A stretch of DNA of 64,000 bases from Planctomycetota bacterium. GTDB lineage: Bacteria; Planctomycetota; UBA11346. The stretch covers positions 36,146 to 100,145 of the forward strand of contig JBBRLJ010000014.1 of assembly GCA_038231435.1 (NCBI GenBank), read 5' to 3'. A program made the position numbers and the translations under genes. Below are positions 19,580 to 29,452 of this stretch, piece by piece (position 1 is the first letter of the stretch; every line of letters starts with the position of its first letter). The notes under the pieces are model-generated. The model saw only the letters and a program-made list of their open reading frames with translations. It did not search any database and was not told where the DNA came from.

Positions 19580-22228
19580 ATGACCACCCTCTCGCTCGAC
19601 GGCCTCTGGCACTTCCGCATCCATGGCGCTCCGCGCGGCGCCGAGGCTAAGACCGCGGGTCTCACCCGCTGGATGCCAGCATCGATGCCGGGCACCGTGC
19701 ACTACGCCTTGCAGAAGCTCGGCAAGATCGAGGACCCGTTCGACGACCGCAACGAGTTGGCCGTCCAGTGGCTCGACGAGCAGGACTGGGAGCTGCGTCG
19801 CATCGTCACGGCGAGCGCCGCCGATTGCGCGCGCTCGCGCCAGGAGCTGGTGTTCGAGGGCATCGACACGGCCGCGACCATCACCCTCAACGGCAAGCGC
19901 GTGGGGGCCTCGGCCAACATGTTCAGGCGCGTGGTCTGCGACGTGCGCGGAGCGCTCAAGCCCGGCCGCAATGAACTGATGGTGGTGATCGAAAGCCCCA
20001 CCGCGTACGCGAAGGCGCAGTGGCAGGCCGGCAAGGATCGCGTCGCCGCCGGCGACTTCCGCTGGCAGACCGGCGAGGTGCGCTCCACCTGGCGCGGCTG
20101 GATCCGCAAGGTGCAGTGCCACTTCGGCTGGGACTGGGGCACCTACCTAGCCACCAGCGGCGTCTGGCAGCCGGCACGCCTCGAATGCGCCGACACCCCG
20201 CGCATCGCCTACGTGCAGGCCGCGCAGACCCACATCGGTCCCGCCGGTGCGCCCCGCGCGGTGGAAGTACGCGTGGATGTGCACCTGGAGTCTGCCGCCG
20301 CGTCGAGCGGCAGCGTGGTGGCCATCCTGATGGGCGGCGAGATGCCGAGGGACGACCGCCGCGAACGCGCGGTGATCTCGTCGGCGACCGAGGTCAAGGT
20401 GCGCGCGGGCGAGAGCGTCGCGACCATCACCTTGATGGTCGACAAGCCGATCCTGTGGTGGCCAGCGGGCGAGGGTCCGCAGTACCTCTATTACCTGTCG
20501 GTCCATTTCATGGACGATCGCGGCAACCGCAGCCCCGATGTGCTGAAGAAGATCGGCCTGCGCACCTGCGAAGTGGTGACCGAGAAGGACCAAGCCCCCG
20601 ACGGTAAACCCGCCGAAAGCTTCCTCTTCCGCGTCAATGGGCGCCCGGTGTACGCCAAGGGCGCGAACTGGATCCCCGCCGACCAGTTCGTCGACCGTTG
20701 TTCAATCGAGGTCTACCGTCACCTGCTGGGTTCGATGGTCGAGGCCAACATGAACATGGTGCGGGTATGGGGCGGCGGGTGGTACGAGCAGGAGTCGTTC
20801 TACGACATCTGCGACGAACTCGGCCTATTGGTGTGGCAGGATTTCATGATGGCCTGCGCGCTCTACCCCGACACCAAGGACTTCATCCGCGAACTCACAG
20901 CCGAGGCGCGCCATCAGGTTCGGCGGCTGTCCTCGCGTCCGTCCATCGCTCTGTGGTGCGGCGACAATGAGAACCAGACCGGCGTCGCGCACTGGTGGAA
21001 GAAGCAGCCAGAAAACCAGGGCAAGGACATCGAGGGCATCTACCGCAAGGTGATGGAAGCGCTGTGGAAGACCTGCGAGTTCGAGGATCCGACGCGCCGC
21101 TTCTGGCCGTCGAGCCCGTGCAACGGCGTCATCGACGCGGATCCAGATTCGCCGAATCGCGGCGACGTCCACTACTGGGCGGTGTGGCACGGCAAACAGC
21201 CGTTCAGCAACTACCACACGGTGAAGCCGCGCTTCGCCTCGGAATTCGGTTTCCAATCATTTCCCGAGCCTCGCACGCTCACCGCGGTGGTGCCGCGCGT
21301 CGAGCTGAATCCGTCGAGTCGCGTCATGGAACACCACCAGCGTTCGCCCGATGGCAACCTGATGATCACCAACACCATGGCGCGCGAGATGCGCATCCCG
21401 AATGATTTCGACGCCTTTTGCTGGGTGTCGCAGATCAACCAGGCGATGGCGATCCGCACCGCCGTCGAGCATTGGCGACGCTTGAAGCCGTGGTGCATGG
21501 GCACCATCTATTGGCAGGTGAACGACCTGTGGCCGGTTGCCTCGTGGTCGTCGATCGATTATCACGGTCGCTGGAAGGTGCTGCACCACGAGGCCAAGCG
21601 CTTCTATGCGCCGCTATTGGCGAGCATCGTCCACGAAAAAACCCATGGCAAGGAGCGCCTGGCGGTGTGGGCAACTTCCGACCTGCCGCGCGCGCTCGCG
21701 CTCGAGGGCTGGCTGGAGGTCTTCACCTGGTCGGGCAAGCGCATCGCCAGAGTGAGCGTGCGCGGTGCGCTCGCGGCTGGCGCCAGCAAGAGCCTCGCCT
21801 CGTTCGACGTGGCCAAGCTGCTCGCCGGCAAGGCCGAGCCACACCAGGTCTGCTGCTTCGTCACCCTCGACGAACGCGCCTCCAAGCGCGGGGTCGCGAC
21901 CGAGGATCGCGCCCATGCCGAGAACCACGCCACCCTGGTGCCATGGAAGTGGGCCTCGATCGAAGCCCCGCGCCTGTCACAGCGGCTCTCGGCGCGCGCC
22001 GATGGCATCGAGCTGACGGTCCGCGCCAAGAACGTGGTTCCGTTCTTCCACGCCGAATTCTCAGGCCTCGAAGGGCATTTCGACGCGGATTGGCAGGTGC
22101 TCCGTCCGGGTACCAGCCACGCCATGACCTACGTTCCCCACTACGACCGTGGCGCCACCATGCCCAGACCGCTCGAGGCGAAGGCGAAGCTCACGACCAT
22201 GTCGCTGTGGGATACGTTCGCCCATTAG
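19580..22228 (+). CDS. Beta-mannosidase, glycoside hydrolase family 2
   Basis: RKVQCHFGWDWG, KGANWIPAD, NMVRVWGGG, WQDFMMAC, WCGDNE, RFASEFGFQS, YWQVNDLWP; no signal peptide. Confidence 0.93.
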   Translation: MTTLSLDGLWHFRIHGAPRGAEAKTAGLTRWMPASMPGTVHYALQKLGKIEDPFDDRNELAVQWLDEQDWELRRIVTASAADCARSRQELVFEGIDTAATITLNGKRVGASANMFRRVVCDVRGALKPGRNELMVVIESPTAYAKAQWQAGKDRVAAGDFRWQTGEVRSTWRGWIRKVQCHFGWDWGTYLATSGVWQPARLECADTPRIAYVQAAQTHIGPAGAPRAVEVRVDVHLESAAASSGSVVAILMGGEMPRDDRRERAVISSATEVKVRAGESVATITLMVDKPILWWPAGEGPQYLYYLSVHFMDDRGNRSPDVLKKIGLRTCEVVTEKDQAPDGKPAESFLFRVNGRPVYAKGANWIPADQFVDRCSIEVYRHLLGSMVEANMNMVRVWGGGWYEQESFYDICDELGLLVWQDFMMACALYPDTKDFIRELTAEARHQVRRLSSRPSIALWCGDNENQTGVAHWWKKQPENQGKDIEGIYRKVMEALWKTCEFEDPTRRFWPSSPCNGVIDADPDSPNRGDVHYWAVWHGKQPFSNYHTVKPRFASEFGFQSFPEPRTLTAVVPRVELNPSSRVMEHHQRSPDGNLMITNTMAREMRIPNDFDAFCWVSQINQAMAIRTAVEHWRRLKPWCMGTIYWQVNDLWPVASWSSIDYHGRWKVLHHEAKRFYAPLLASIVHEKTHGKERLAVWATSDLPRALALEGWLEVFTWSGKRIARVSVRGALAAGASKSLASFDVAKLLAGKAEPHQVCCFVTLDERASKRGVATEDRAHAENHATLVPWKWASIEAPRLSQRLSARADGIELTVRAKNVVPFFHAEFSGLEGHFDADWQVLRPGTSHAMTYVPHYDRGATMPRPLEAKAKLTTMSLWDTFAH

Positions 22229-22246
22229 GAAGCGCACACGGTTCTC

Positions 22247-22274
22247 GGCCCGCGGATGAGCCGATCCGCGGGCC
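22247..22274. terminator. GC-rich hairpin between convergent genes
   Basis: GGCCCGCGGAT-gagccg-ATCCGCGGGCC, perfect 11-bp stem, no U tract. Confidence 0.5.
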
Positions 22275-22320
22275 ATGGAGATAGCGGAATGGCAGGCCCT
22301 TGCGGGCTAGTCCACTCCCG

Positions 22321-24561
22321 TCAGACCGCCGCTTCCTTCGCCAGCATCTCCGCGACGCGATCGGCGAAGACATCGATGGCGAAGGGCTTCTGCATATAGC
22401 TGGTGTCGGGTTCGCCGAGGATTTGGGCCAAACCGGTGTCGCCGCCATAGCCCGAGATGAACAAGGTGCGCAGGCCCGGCTGGGCTCCGACCAGGCGGTC
22501 GCGCAGCTCTCGGCCGGTCATGCCTGGCATCAACATGTCGGTGATCAGCAGCGATAGCCCTCCGTCGATCGAGGCCGCGACGACGAGTGCCTCGTTGCCG
22601 CTGGCCGCGCCCACCACCCGATACCCGCGACCGCGCAGCACCTGGACGCCGAGTTCGCGCAGATCACGCTCGTCGTCGACCAACAGGATCATCCGGTCAT
22701 CCGGGCGCGCGGGCGCGATGGTCGGCGAGCCCACGCGGGTCGTCTCCGGCGCTTGGACCGGCAGGCGCCGCAGATGGATGGTGAAACGGCTGCCCTGGCC
22801 AGGCGTACTCGCGACGGCGACGAATCCCCCGCTCTGGGTAACGATGCCGTAGACCGTCGACAGCCCCATGCCGGTGCCCTTGCCTTGGGGCTTGGTGGTG
22901 AAGAACGGCTCGAACAGCCGTGACATCACCTCGGGCGTCATGCCACAGCCGGTGTCGGCGACCTCGAGCACGCACCATTCACCCGCCGGGATGATGCCTT
23001 CGGGTGAAGCCTCGGGGCGAGCCAGCGAGCGCTGGCGGGTACTGATCGTCACCGTCCCGCCGTCGGGCATCGCATCGCGGCTGTTGAGACAGAGGTTCAT
23101 GATCACCTGCTGGATCTGCCTGCTGTCCGCGCGCAGGGTGCCGAGTTCTGGCGAGAGCGAGAGCTCGATGAGCACGTGTGAGCCGAGCACATGGTTCAGC
23201 ATCTCGGCCGTGTCCTCGACGACCCGATTCAGGTGGACCACCTCGGGCGCGAGCACCTGCCGCCGGCCGAACGCCAGCAACTGCGCGGTGAGCTTGGCGG
23301 AGCTCTCGGCCGCGCGCAGCGCGAGATCGACGTGGCGATGGCTGGGGTGCCCCGGCGGCAGTTCGCGCTTGAGCAGCTGGGCATGGCCCATGATCACCGA
23401 CAGCATGTTGTTGAAATCGTGCGCGATACCGCCGGCGAGCTGGCCGATGGCTTCCATCTTCTGCGCTTGGCGGAGCTGGTCCTCGAGCCGCTTGCGCTCG
23501 GTGACGTCCATCGCAACGCCGGTCGCGCGCAGCGGCCGGCCGTCGCTCGCTCGCATGAGATCGCCGCTGGCCGCGATCCATCGGACATCTCCGGACGGCT
23601 GGACTACCCGGTACTCGATGGTGTACGGCTCCCCCTTCTGCATCGCCTCGGCGACGGCCAGTACCAGCGACTCGCGATCGTCGGGATGGACGCAGCGCAG
23701 GTAGGCCTGGAAGTTGCCCTCGAATGAACCGGGGGCCTGGCCTAGGAGGCGTTCCATGTTCTCCGACCAGGTGACGGCGTCGGTCGTGAGATCGCGCTCC
23801 CACGTGCCCATCCGTGCCGCAGTCATCGCCTGGCGCAGATGCAGCTCGCTCGAGCGCAGCGCCTCCTCGCCGCGCTTGCGGTCGGTGACATCGTGGATGA
23901 TCGAGTACAGGTGCTCGCGCCCGTCGATGTCCATCGGGCTCGAATGGATCTCGACGTCGCGGGTCTCTCCGCTGGCGAGGCGGTGACGGAATTGCAGCAC
24001 GTACTTCAGCCGCTTGCGCACCAGCTCCATCTCGGCGCTGATCTCCTCGGGGGTCAGCGTGTTGATCTGCTCGAGGCGCATGCCGCGGAGCTTCTCGATC
24101 GGATAGCCATAGAACGTGCTGGCTGCGGGATTGGCGTCGACGATGACGCGGGTAGTCGGGTCTAGCACCCACTGCACGGCGTGATTGCGCTCGAACATCT
24201 GCCGGTATCTGCTCTCGCTCGCGCGCAGCGCATCGATGCCGTGTAGGCGCGCCACCACCAAGTTGGTCACCAGCATGCCCACGCCGAGGAATACGCTCAG
24301 ACGCAGGACGCGCGCCACCATGGGGAGATCACTCGACGGCGAGACTGACAGCTGGTCGCCAGCTAACGCGGCCAACACCGTCACCAACAGGCCCGGGCCC
24401 ATGCCGCAGAAACGCGCGCTGATGATCACCGGCAGGAAGTAGAGCACCACGAATGGCGTGCGGTCGCCGATCAGAGGATCGAGGGCCTCGCGCACGGCCA
24501 GGGTCGCCGCGACCGAGCCCAGGGCGAGCGCGTAGCGGTAGCGGACGGCGCGGAATGGCAT
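22321..24561 (-). CDS. Membrane PAS-PAS hybrid histidine kinase / receiver (CckA-like) with DUF4118-like N-terminus
   Basis: N-terminal TMs, two PAS domains, H-box GGIAHDFNN, NLCLNSRDAM, DTGCGM, FFTTK..GKGTGMGL, receiver LLVDDE / LLITDMLMP / KPF. Confidence 0.94.
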   Translation of the reverse strand: MPFRAVRYRYALALGSVAATLAVREALDPLIGDRTPFVVLYFLPVIISARFCGMGPGLLVTVLAALAGDQLSVSPSSDLPMVARVLRLSVFLGVGMLVTNLVVARLHGIDALRASESRYRQMFERNHAVQWVLDPTTRVIVDANPAASTFYGYPIEKLRGMRLEQINTLTPEEISAEMELVRKRLKYVLQFRHRLASGETRDVEIHSSPMDIDGREHLYSIIHDVTDRKRGEEALRSSELHLRQAMTAARMGTWERDLTTDAVTWSENMERLLGQAPGSFEGNFQAYLRCVHPDDRESLVLAVAEAMQKGEPYTIEYRVVQPSGDVRWIAASGDLMRASDGRPLRATGVAMDVTERKRLEDQLRQAQKMEAIGQLAGGIAHDFNNMLSVIMGHAQLLKRELPPGHPSHRHVDLALRAAESSAKLTAQLLAFGRRQVLAPEVVHLNRVVEDTAEMLNHVLGSHVLIELSLSPELGTLRADSRQIQQVIMNLCLNSRDAMPDGGTVTISTRQRSLARPEASPEGIIPAGEWCVLEVADTGCGMTPEVMSRLFEPFFTTKPQGKGTGMGLSTVYGIVTQSGGFVAVASTPGQGSRFTIHLRRLPVQAPETTRVGSPTIAPARPDDRMILLVDDERDLRELGVQVLRGRGYRVVGAASGNEALVVAASIDGGLSLLITDMLMPGMTGRELRDRLVGAQPGLRTLFISGYGGDTGLAQILGEPDTSYMQKPFAIDVFADRVAEMLAKEAAV

Positions 24562-24783
24562 GGCCGCAGCGTAGCGCGCACCGTGTCTCCGGATACGGGA
24601 AGGAGCGTCATCGGCCACCGCCGCGCCTCCGCCCTTGGCGCGGCTTGTCGCTCCTTGCTCGCCTTGCCCTTTCGTGCCTTCTGATGCCCTGTCGTCGCTA
24701 AGACTCGGAAAAGCCGCAGAAACACGTTGCCGACCTCGACGGAAGCGCTTTCATCGCGCGCTCACCGCCAACCCGGAGCACCC

Positions 24784-26094
24784 ATGGGCACCCAGCGCCT
24801 GCTCGCCATCCTCGCCGCCGTCCTGTTCGCCTCGCTGACCAACGCGGTCGAAGCCGCGGAAGGCAAGGCCATCACCATCTGGTGGGCGCAATGGTCCCCC
24901 GCGGATGGACTGCAGCAGCTCGGAGATGAGTTCACCAAGAAGACCGGTACCAAGGTGACGGTGCACCAGATCCCGTGGGGATCCTACCAGGACCAGGTGT
25001 TCCTGAACTTCGGCAACAAGCAGACGGATTTCGACATCGTCGTGGGCGATAGCCAGTGGCTCGGGCGCGGCGCGACCGACAAGCTCTATCTCGACCTCAG
25101 CGATTGGCTGCCCAAGGCAGTCGATCTCACCACCATCCATCCCGCGGCCTTGAAGTACCTGTGCGAATATCCTGGCGGCAGCGGACACTATTTCGCCGCA
25201 CCGTGCGAGACCGACGCCATGGGCTTCGCATACCGCAAGGACTGGTTCGAGGACGCCACGGAAAAGAGTGTCTTCAAGGCGAAATACGGGCGAGAGCTCG
25301 CAGTGCCGCAAAGCTGGGACGAATTCCAGCAGGTCGCCGAGTTCTTCCAGCGTCCAGAGCGGAAGCGCTTTGGCTGCGCGATCGCGACCGGCCGTGGCTA
25401 CGACTGCCTGGTGATGGGCTACCAGAACCTGATGTGGGCGTTCGGCGGATCGTGGGGCGATCCGGCCACCTTCACCGCCAAAGGCCAGGTCGACGGCGCG
25501 CCTGCGGTTGCTGCGCTGACATTCTTCAAGCAACTGCTCGCCAGCGGGCCGAAAGGCGCGCCGAATCTCGACTACGGCGATCTGCTCGAGGCATTCACCA
25601 ACGGCTCCACGGCCATGGCGATGAACTTCTTCGCCTTCTCGCCGACCATCGCCAAGCAGATGGGGGACAAAGCCGGGTTCTTCGTGATGCCGGCCAAGGA
25701 TGGCAAGCGCGTCGTCAGCCTTGGGGGCCAGGGATTCAGCATCTCCACCAAGGTTGCGCCCGCGCAGCAGGAGCTCGCCAAGGAATTCATCGCCTGGTTC
25801 AACACCCGCGCGGTTCAGGAACGCTGGATCACCAAGGATGCGGGCTTCACCGCCAACACCGAGATCCTCAAGAGCGACGCCTTCCGCAAAGCGACCCCCT
25901 ACAACGCGGCGTTCGCCGAATCGCTCGACCATGTCCAGGATTTCTGGAACGTGCCGGTGTACAACGAACTGCTGGCCAAGGCCGTCCAGCACCTCGCGGA
26001 CGCGCTCGATGGCAAGGCGGAGCCAAAGGCCGCGCTCGAGGCGCTGGCGGCGGATCACGATGAGATCTTCCAGGATGCCGGTCTGAGAAAATGA
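24784..26094 (+). CDS. Sugar/polyol ABC transporter substrate-binding protein
   Basis: Signal peptide, DIVVGDSQW, YRKDWF, VPQSWDEF, LGGQGFSI; heads a permease/ATPase operon. Confidence 0.9.
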   Translation: MGTQRLLAILAAVLFASLTNAVEAAEGKAITIWWAQWSPADGLQQLGDEFTKKTGTKVTVHQIPWGSYQDQVFLNFGNKQTDFDIVVGDSQWLGRGATDKLYLDLSDWLPKAVDLTTIHPAALKYLCEYPGGSGHYFAAPCETDAMGFAYRKDWFEDATEKSVFKAKYGRELAVPQSWDEFQQVAEFFQRPERKRFGCAIATGRGYDCLVMGYQNLMWAFGGSWGDPATFTAKGQVDGAPAVAALTFFKQLLASGPKGAPNLDYGDLLEAFTNGSTAMAMNFFAFSPTIAKQMGDKAGFFVMPAKDGKRVVSLGGQGFSISTKVAPAQQELAKEFIAWFNTRAVQERWITKDAGFTANTEILKSDAFRKATPYNAAFAESLDHVQDFWNVPVYNELLAKAVQHLADALDGKAEPKAALEALAADHDEIFQDAGLRK

Positions 26095-26146
26095 TGGTTC
26101 TCCCATCCGCGACCGACGACGGACGCCCCCTCGACGTCCCTCCACC

Positions 26147-27025
26147 ATGAGCGGTTCCCGCGGCCTCGGCTATGCCTTCGTCCTGCCGACGCTGGCCTTC
26201 CTGGTGCTCTTCAACGTCTTCCCGCTGGTCTACAACCTGGTGCTGGGTTTCACCAACTACCGGCTTTCCGGCAGCACCTGGGAATGGGTAGGTGGCCTGA
26301 ATTACAGTCGGGTCTTCGCCAAGCCCGAATACGCGGCGGCGCTGCGCACCACGGGGTTGTTCGTGGTCTGCGCGGTGGCTGCGGAGCTAACCCTCGGCTT
26401 CGTCCTCGCCCTGGCGCTGACGCGACCATTCCGAGGCAAGTCCGCGGTGCTGACCCTGCTGCTGGTGCCGATGATGCTATCGCCAGCGGTGATGGGCCTC
26501 TATTGGACCCTGATCCTCAATGGCGACTACGGCATCCTCGACCAGATGCTCGGCGCCCTCGGCATCGACCAGCCACGCTGGCTGACCGACGGTTCGCTCA
26601 AGCTGCTGTCGGTGCTGATCGTCGATGTGTGGATGTGGACGCCGTTCATGATGCTGATCGCGCTCGCCGGGCTGAATGCCATCCCCGCGTACATCTATGA
26701 GGCGGCGGAGATCGACCGCGCCTCTCGCTACACGGTGTTCCGGCGCATCACCCTGCCGATGTGCGCGCCTCTTCTGATCCTCGCGGTCCTGCTGCGCGCC
26801 ACCGACGCGCTCAAGCAGTTCGACCTGGTGATGGCGATGACCGGGCCGAATGAAGGCGCGACCCAGACGGTGAGCGCCCTCCTCTACCAGACCCTGATCA
26901 AGGAGGGCAAGGTGGGCCTGAGCTCGGCCTATGCGTGCGTGGTGCTGGTCGGGGTGATCGCGCTCGCCTCGCTATTCACGCGCTACCTGGATCGCCTTGC
27001 CAGGCAGCAAGGACGCACGGGATGA
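26147..27025 (+). CDS. Carbohydrate ABC permease (MalF-like)
   Basis: DVWMWTPFMML, EAA loop YEAAEIDRAS...ITLP. Confidence 0.93.
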   Translation: MSGSRGLGYAFVLPTLAFLVLFNVFPLVYNLVLGFTNYRLSGSTWEWVGGLNYSRVFAKPEYAAALRTTGLFVVCAVAAELTLGFVLALALTRPFRGKSAVLTLLLVPMMLSPAVMGLYWTLILNGDYGILDQMLGALGIDQPRWLTDGSLKLLSVLIVDVWMWTPFMMLIALAGLNAIPAYIYEAAEIDRASRYTVFRRITLPMCAPLLILAVLLRATDALKQFDLVMAMTGPNEGATQTVSALLYQTLIKEGKVGLSSAYACVVLVGVIALASLFTRYLDRLARQQGRTG

Positions 27026-27933
27026 ACATCGTACGCGTCCTGGTGATCGTGGGCTACCTGGCGATCGCGTGCCTGCCCTTGGCCTGGATGGCGCTGACCT
27101 CGATCAAGCAGCCGGCAGCGACCATCAGTACCACCGCGAAGATTCTGCCACTCCTTGGTGCGGACTCGTTGGCGGATGTGGGGGATGCGGCAGATGCGGG
27201 AAATGCCCACTCCTTCGCCCCCACCACCTCGGCCTACGCCGAACTCGCGCGCAAGCCGGCTGCAGAGACCCCAGAGGAGGCCGCGCGCGGGCGCAGCTTC
27301 CTCGACTACCTGTGGACCAGCGCGGTGATCGGAGTGCTCTCGACCGCCGCGACCGTCGCCCTGGGCACCGCATGCGCATACGGCTTCAGCCGCTTCCGCA
27401 TCGCCGGATCGAAGGACTGGCTGTTCTTCATCCTCTCCACGCGCTTCATGCCGCCGCTCGCGGTGGTGGCGCCGGTACTGATGATGTACCGACAATTCGG
27501 CCTGCCCAACACCTACGCGGGACTCGTCATCCTCTATACCGCGTTCAACCTGTCGCTCGCCGTGTGGCTGATGAAAGGCTTCATCGACGACATCCCCCGC
27601 GCCTATGAAGAGGCCGCCCTGGTCGACGGCTATACGCGCATGCAGGCGTTCTGGCGCATCATCGTGCCGCAAGCCCGCACCGGCATGGCCGTGACGGCAG
27701 TCTTCTGCCTGATCTCGGCGTGGAACGAATTCGGCTTCGCGATGACGCTCAACAACGCGCACGCGGTGACCGTGCCGGTCTATTTCGCGGGATTGCAGGG
27801 TAACGTCAAGGGCATGCCCTGGCCGCAGATCGCCGCCGGCGTGCTGGTGTTCGTCGCACCGATCGTGGTCTTCACGGTGCTGGTGCGTCACCACCTATTG
27901 CGCGGCGTCACCTTCGGCACGGTGAAGCAATGA
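27022..27933 (+). CDS. Carbohydrate ABC permease (MalG-like)
   Basis: IPRAYEEAALVDG, AWNEF; ATGA overlap with previous stop. Confidence 0.93.
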   Translation: MNIVRVLVIVGYLAIACLPLAWMALTSIKQPAATISTTAKILPLLGADSLADVGDAADAGNAHSFAPTTSAYAELARKPAAETPEEAARGRSFLDYLWTSAVIGVLSTAATVALGTACAYGFSRFRIAGSKDWLFFILSTRFMPPLAVVAPVLMMYRQFGLPNTYAGLVILYTAFNLSLAVWLMKGFIDDIPRAYEEAALVDGYTRMQAFWRIIVPQARTGMAVTAVFCLISAWNEFGFAMTLNNAHAVTVPVYFAGLQGNVKGMPWPQIAAGVLVFVAPIVVFTVLVRHHLLRGVTFGTVKQ

Positions 27934-28238
27934 GGGAAGAACGTCCGTCGTCCGTGGCCCGCCGTCCGTCGTCGGCGACAGGAGCTGGGGAGGTCACCGG
28001 GGCGCGCGATGCCATCCGATCACGGACGACGGATAATAGACCGCGGTCCGGCTCCATCCTGCGTCTCCTCGACCGGCTCGCGCTCGCGGGCATGGCTCTC
28101 GGCACCTGCCTGATGCTCCAGCCTTGGCTGCCCTCGTGCTTCCGCGCCGGCTTCGCCTGCCTGCTCGCCAGCACCCTGCTGCAGATCGTCACCTCCCACC
28201 TCGTCTCCCCGCGCCCATCCGCGCCCGATCCTTCCTGA
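27930..28238 (+). CDS. Small two-TM hypothetical protein inside the ABC operon
   Basis: C-terminal half has two hydrophobic segments; N-terminal half is low-complexity, so the start is doubtful. Confidence 0.5.
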   Translation: MREERPSSVARRPSSATGAGEVTGARDAIRSRTTDNRPRSGSILRLLDRLALAGMALGTCLMLQPWLPSCFRAGFACLLASTLLQIVTSHLVSPRPSAPDPS

Positions 28239-28275
28239 TCATCCACGGCACTGCCCTCTGTCCGTCCATCGTCAC

Positions 28276-28338
28276 CTCTCCGCTCTCCACTCTCCGCTCA
28301 CCTCATTCTGCTTTCTGCTTTCCGCTTCCCCCCTTCTC
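28276..28338 (+). repeat. Degenerate heptamer tandem repeat
   Basis: ctctccg ctctcca ctctccg ctcacct cattctg ctttctg ctttccg cttcccc. Confidence 0.7.
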
Positions 28339-28354
28339 CCCCGTGAATCGCCCC

Positions 28355-29452
28355 ATGTCCTTTCTCACCCTCTCCCACCTCGAGAAGACCTATCCCGACG
28401 GCACCAAGGCGGTGCACGCCCTGGACCTGTTGGTCGCCGAAGGCGAGTTCATCGTGCTGCTCGGTCCCTCGGGCTGCGGCAAGACCACCACCCTGCGCAT
28501 GATCGCCGGACTCGAGATCCCCACCGCCGGCAGCATCTCGATCGCGGGCGCCGACGTCACGAACCTGCGTCCGTCCGAACGGGACGTCGGATTCGTCTTC
28601 CAGTTCTACGCCCTCTACCCGCACCTGAGCGTGCGCGACAACATCGCATTCCCCCTCGCCGCCACCGGGATGGCCAAGAAGGACCGCACGCTCGCGGTGG
28701 ACGAGGTCGCGCGCCGCCTGGGCATCGAACGCCTGCTGGCGAGCTTCCCCAGGCAGTTGAGCGGCGGAGACCAGCAGCGCGTATCGCTCGGCCGCGCGAT
28801 GGTGCGTCGCCCACGACTGTGGTTGATGGACGAGCCGTTGGGAACGCTCGACGCCGACCAGCGCCTGGCGATGCGCGAGTTCATCCGCGAGCAGCAGCGC
28901 GCGCTCGGCGTCACCACCATCTACGTCACCCATGACCAGGAGGAGGCTATGAGCCTCGCCGACCGCGTGGTGGTGATGGAGGGAGGACGCATCCGCCAGG
29001 CCGGCGCGCCCGCCGCGGTCTACGATGATCCAGCGTCGCTGTTCGTGGCGGAATTCGTCGGCAGCCCGGGCATGAACTTCATCCCCGGCGAGATCGATGC
29101 CGATGGCGCCTTCCACCCGCGTGGTGCCGGCGGAGCGGCTCGTGGATCCGAACGCAGAACCGCTGATGGAGGCGCGATCACGCTCGGCCGCCACCTGCGC
29201 GCCGGACCCGCGACCCTCGGCGTGCGCCCTGAATTCGTGCGCCCCCGCGCGACAGGAGCCGGGATCCAGGGCCGCGTGCTGATGGAGGAATACCTGGGGT
29301 CCACCCGCATCGTGCATCTCGATTGCGCCTTCGGGCGCATCGCCATGCGCGCCGGGGCTGACCGCGCGGCGATCGCGGGCGAGACGCTCTCGGTGGGTTT
29401 CGATCCCGAGCACGCGCGCGTGTTCGATCACACCAGCGGAGAGCGGTTGTGA
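28355..29452 (+). CDS. Sugar ABC ATPase (MalK-like)
   Basis: GPSGCGKT, LSGGDQQR, LMDEP, YVTHDQEEA. Confidence 0.94.
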   Translation: MSFLTLSHLEKTYPDGTKAVHALDLLVAEGEFIVLLGPSGCGKTTTLRMIAGLEIPTAGSISIAGADVTNLRPSERDVGFVFQFYALYPHLSVRDNIAFPLAATGMAKKDRTLAVDEVARRLGIERLLASFPRQLSGGDQQRVSLGRAMVRRPRLWLMDEPLGTLDADQRLAMREFIREQQRALGVTTIYVTHDQEEAMSLADRVVVMEGGRIRQAGAPAAVYDDPASLFVAEFVGSPGMNFIPGEIDADGAFHPRGAGGAARGSERRTADGGAITLGRHLRAGPATLGVRPEFVRPRATGAGIQGRVLMEEYLGSTRIVHLDCAFGRIAMRAGADRAAIAGETLSVGFDPEHARVFDHTSGERL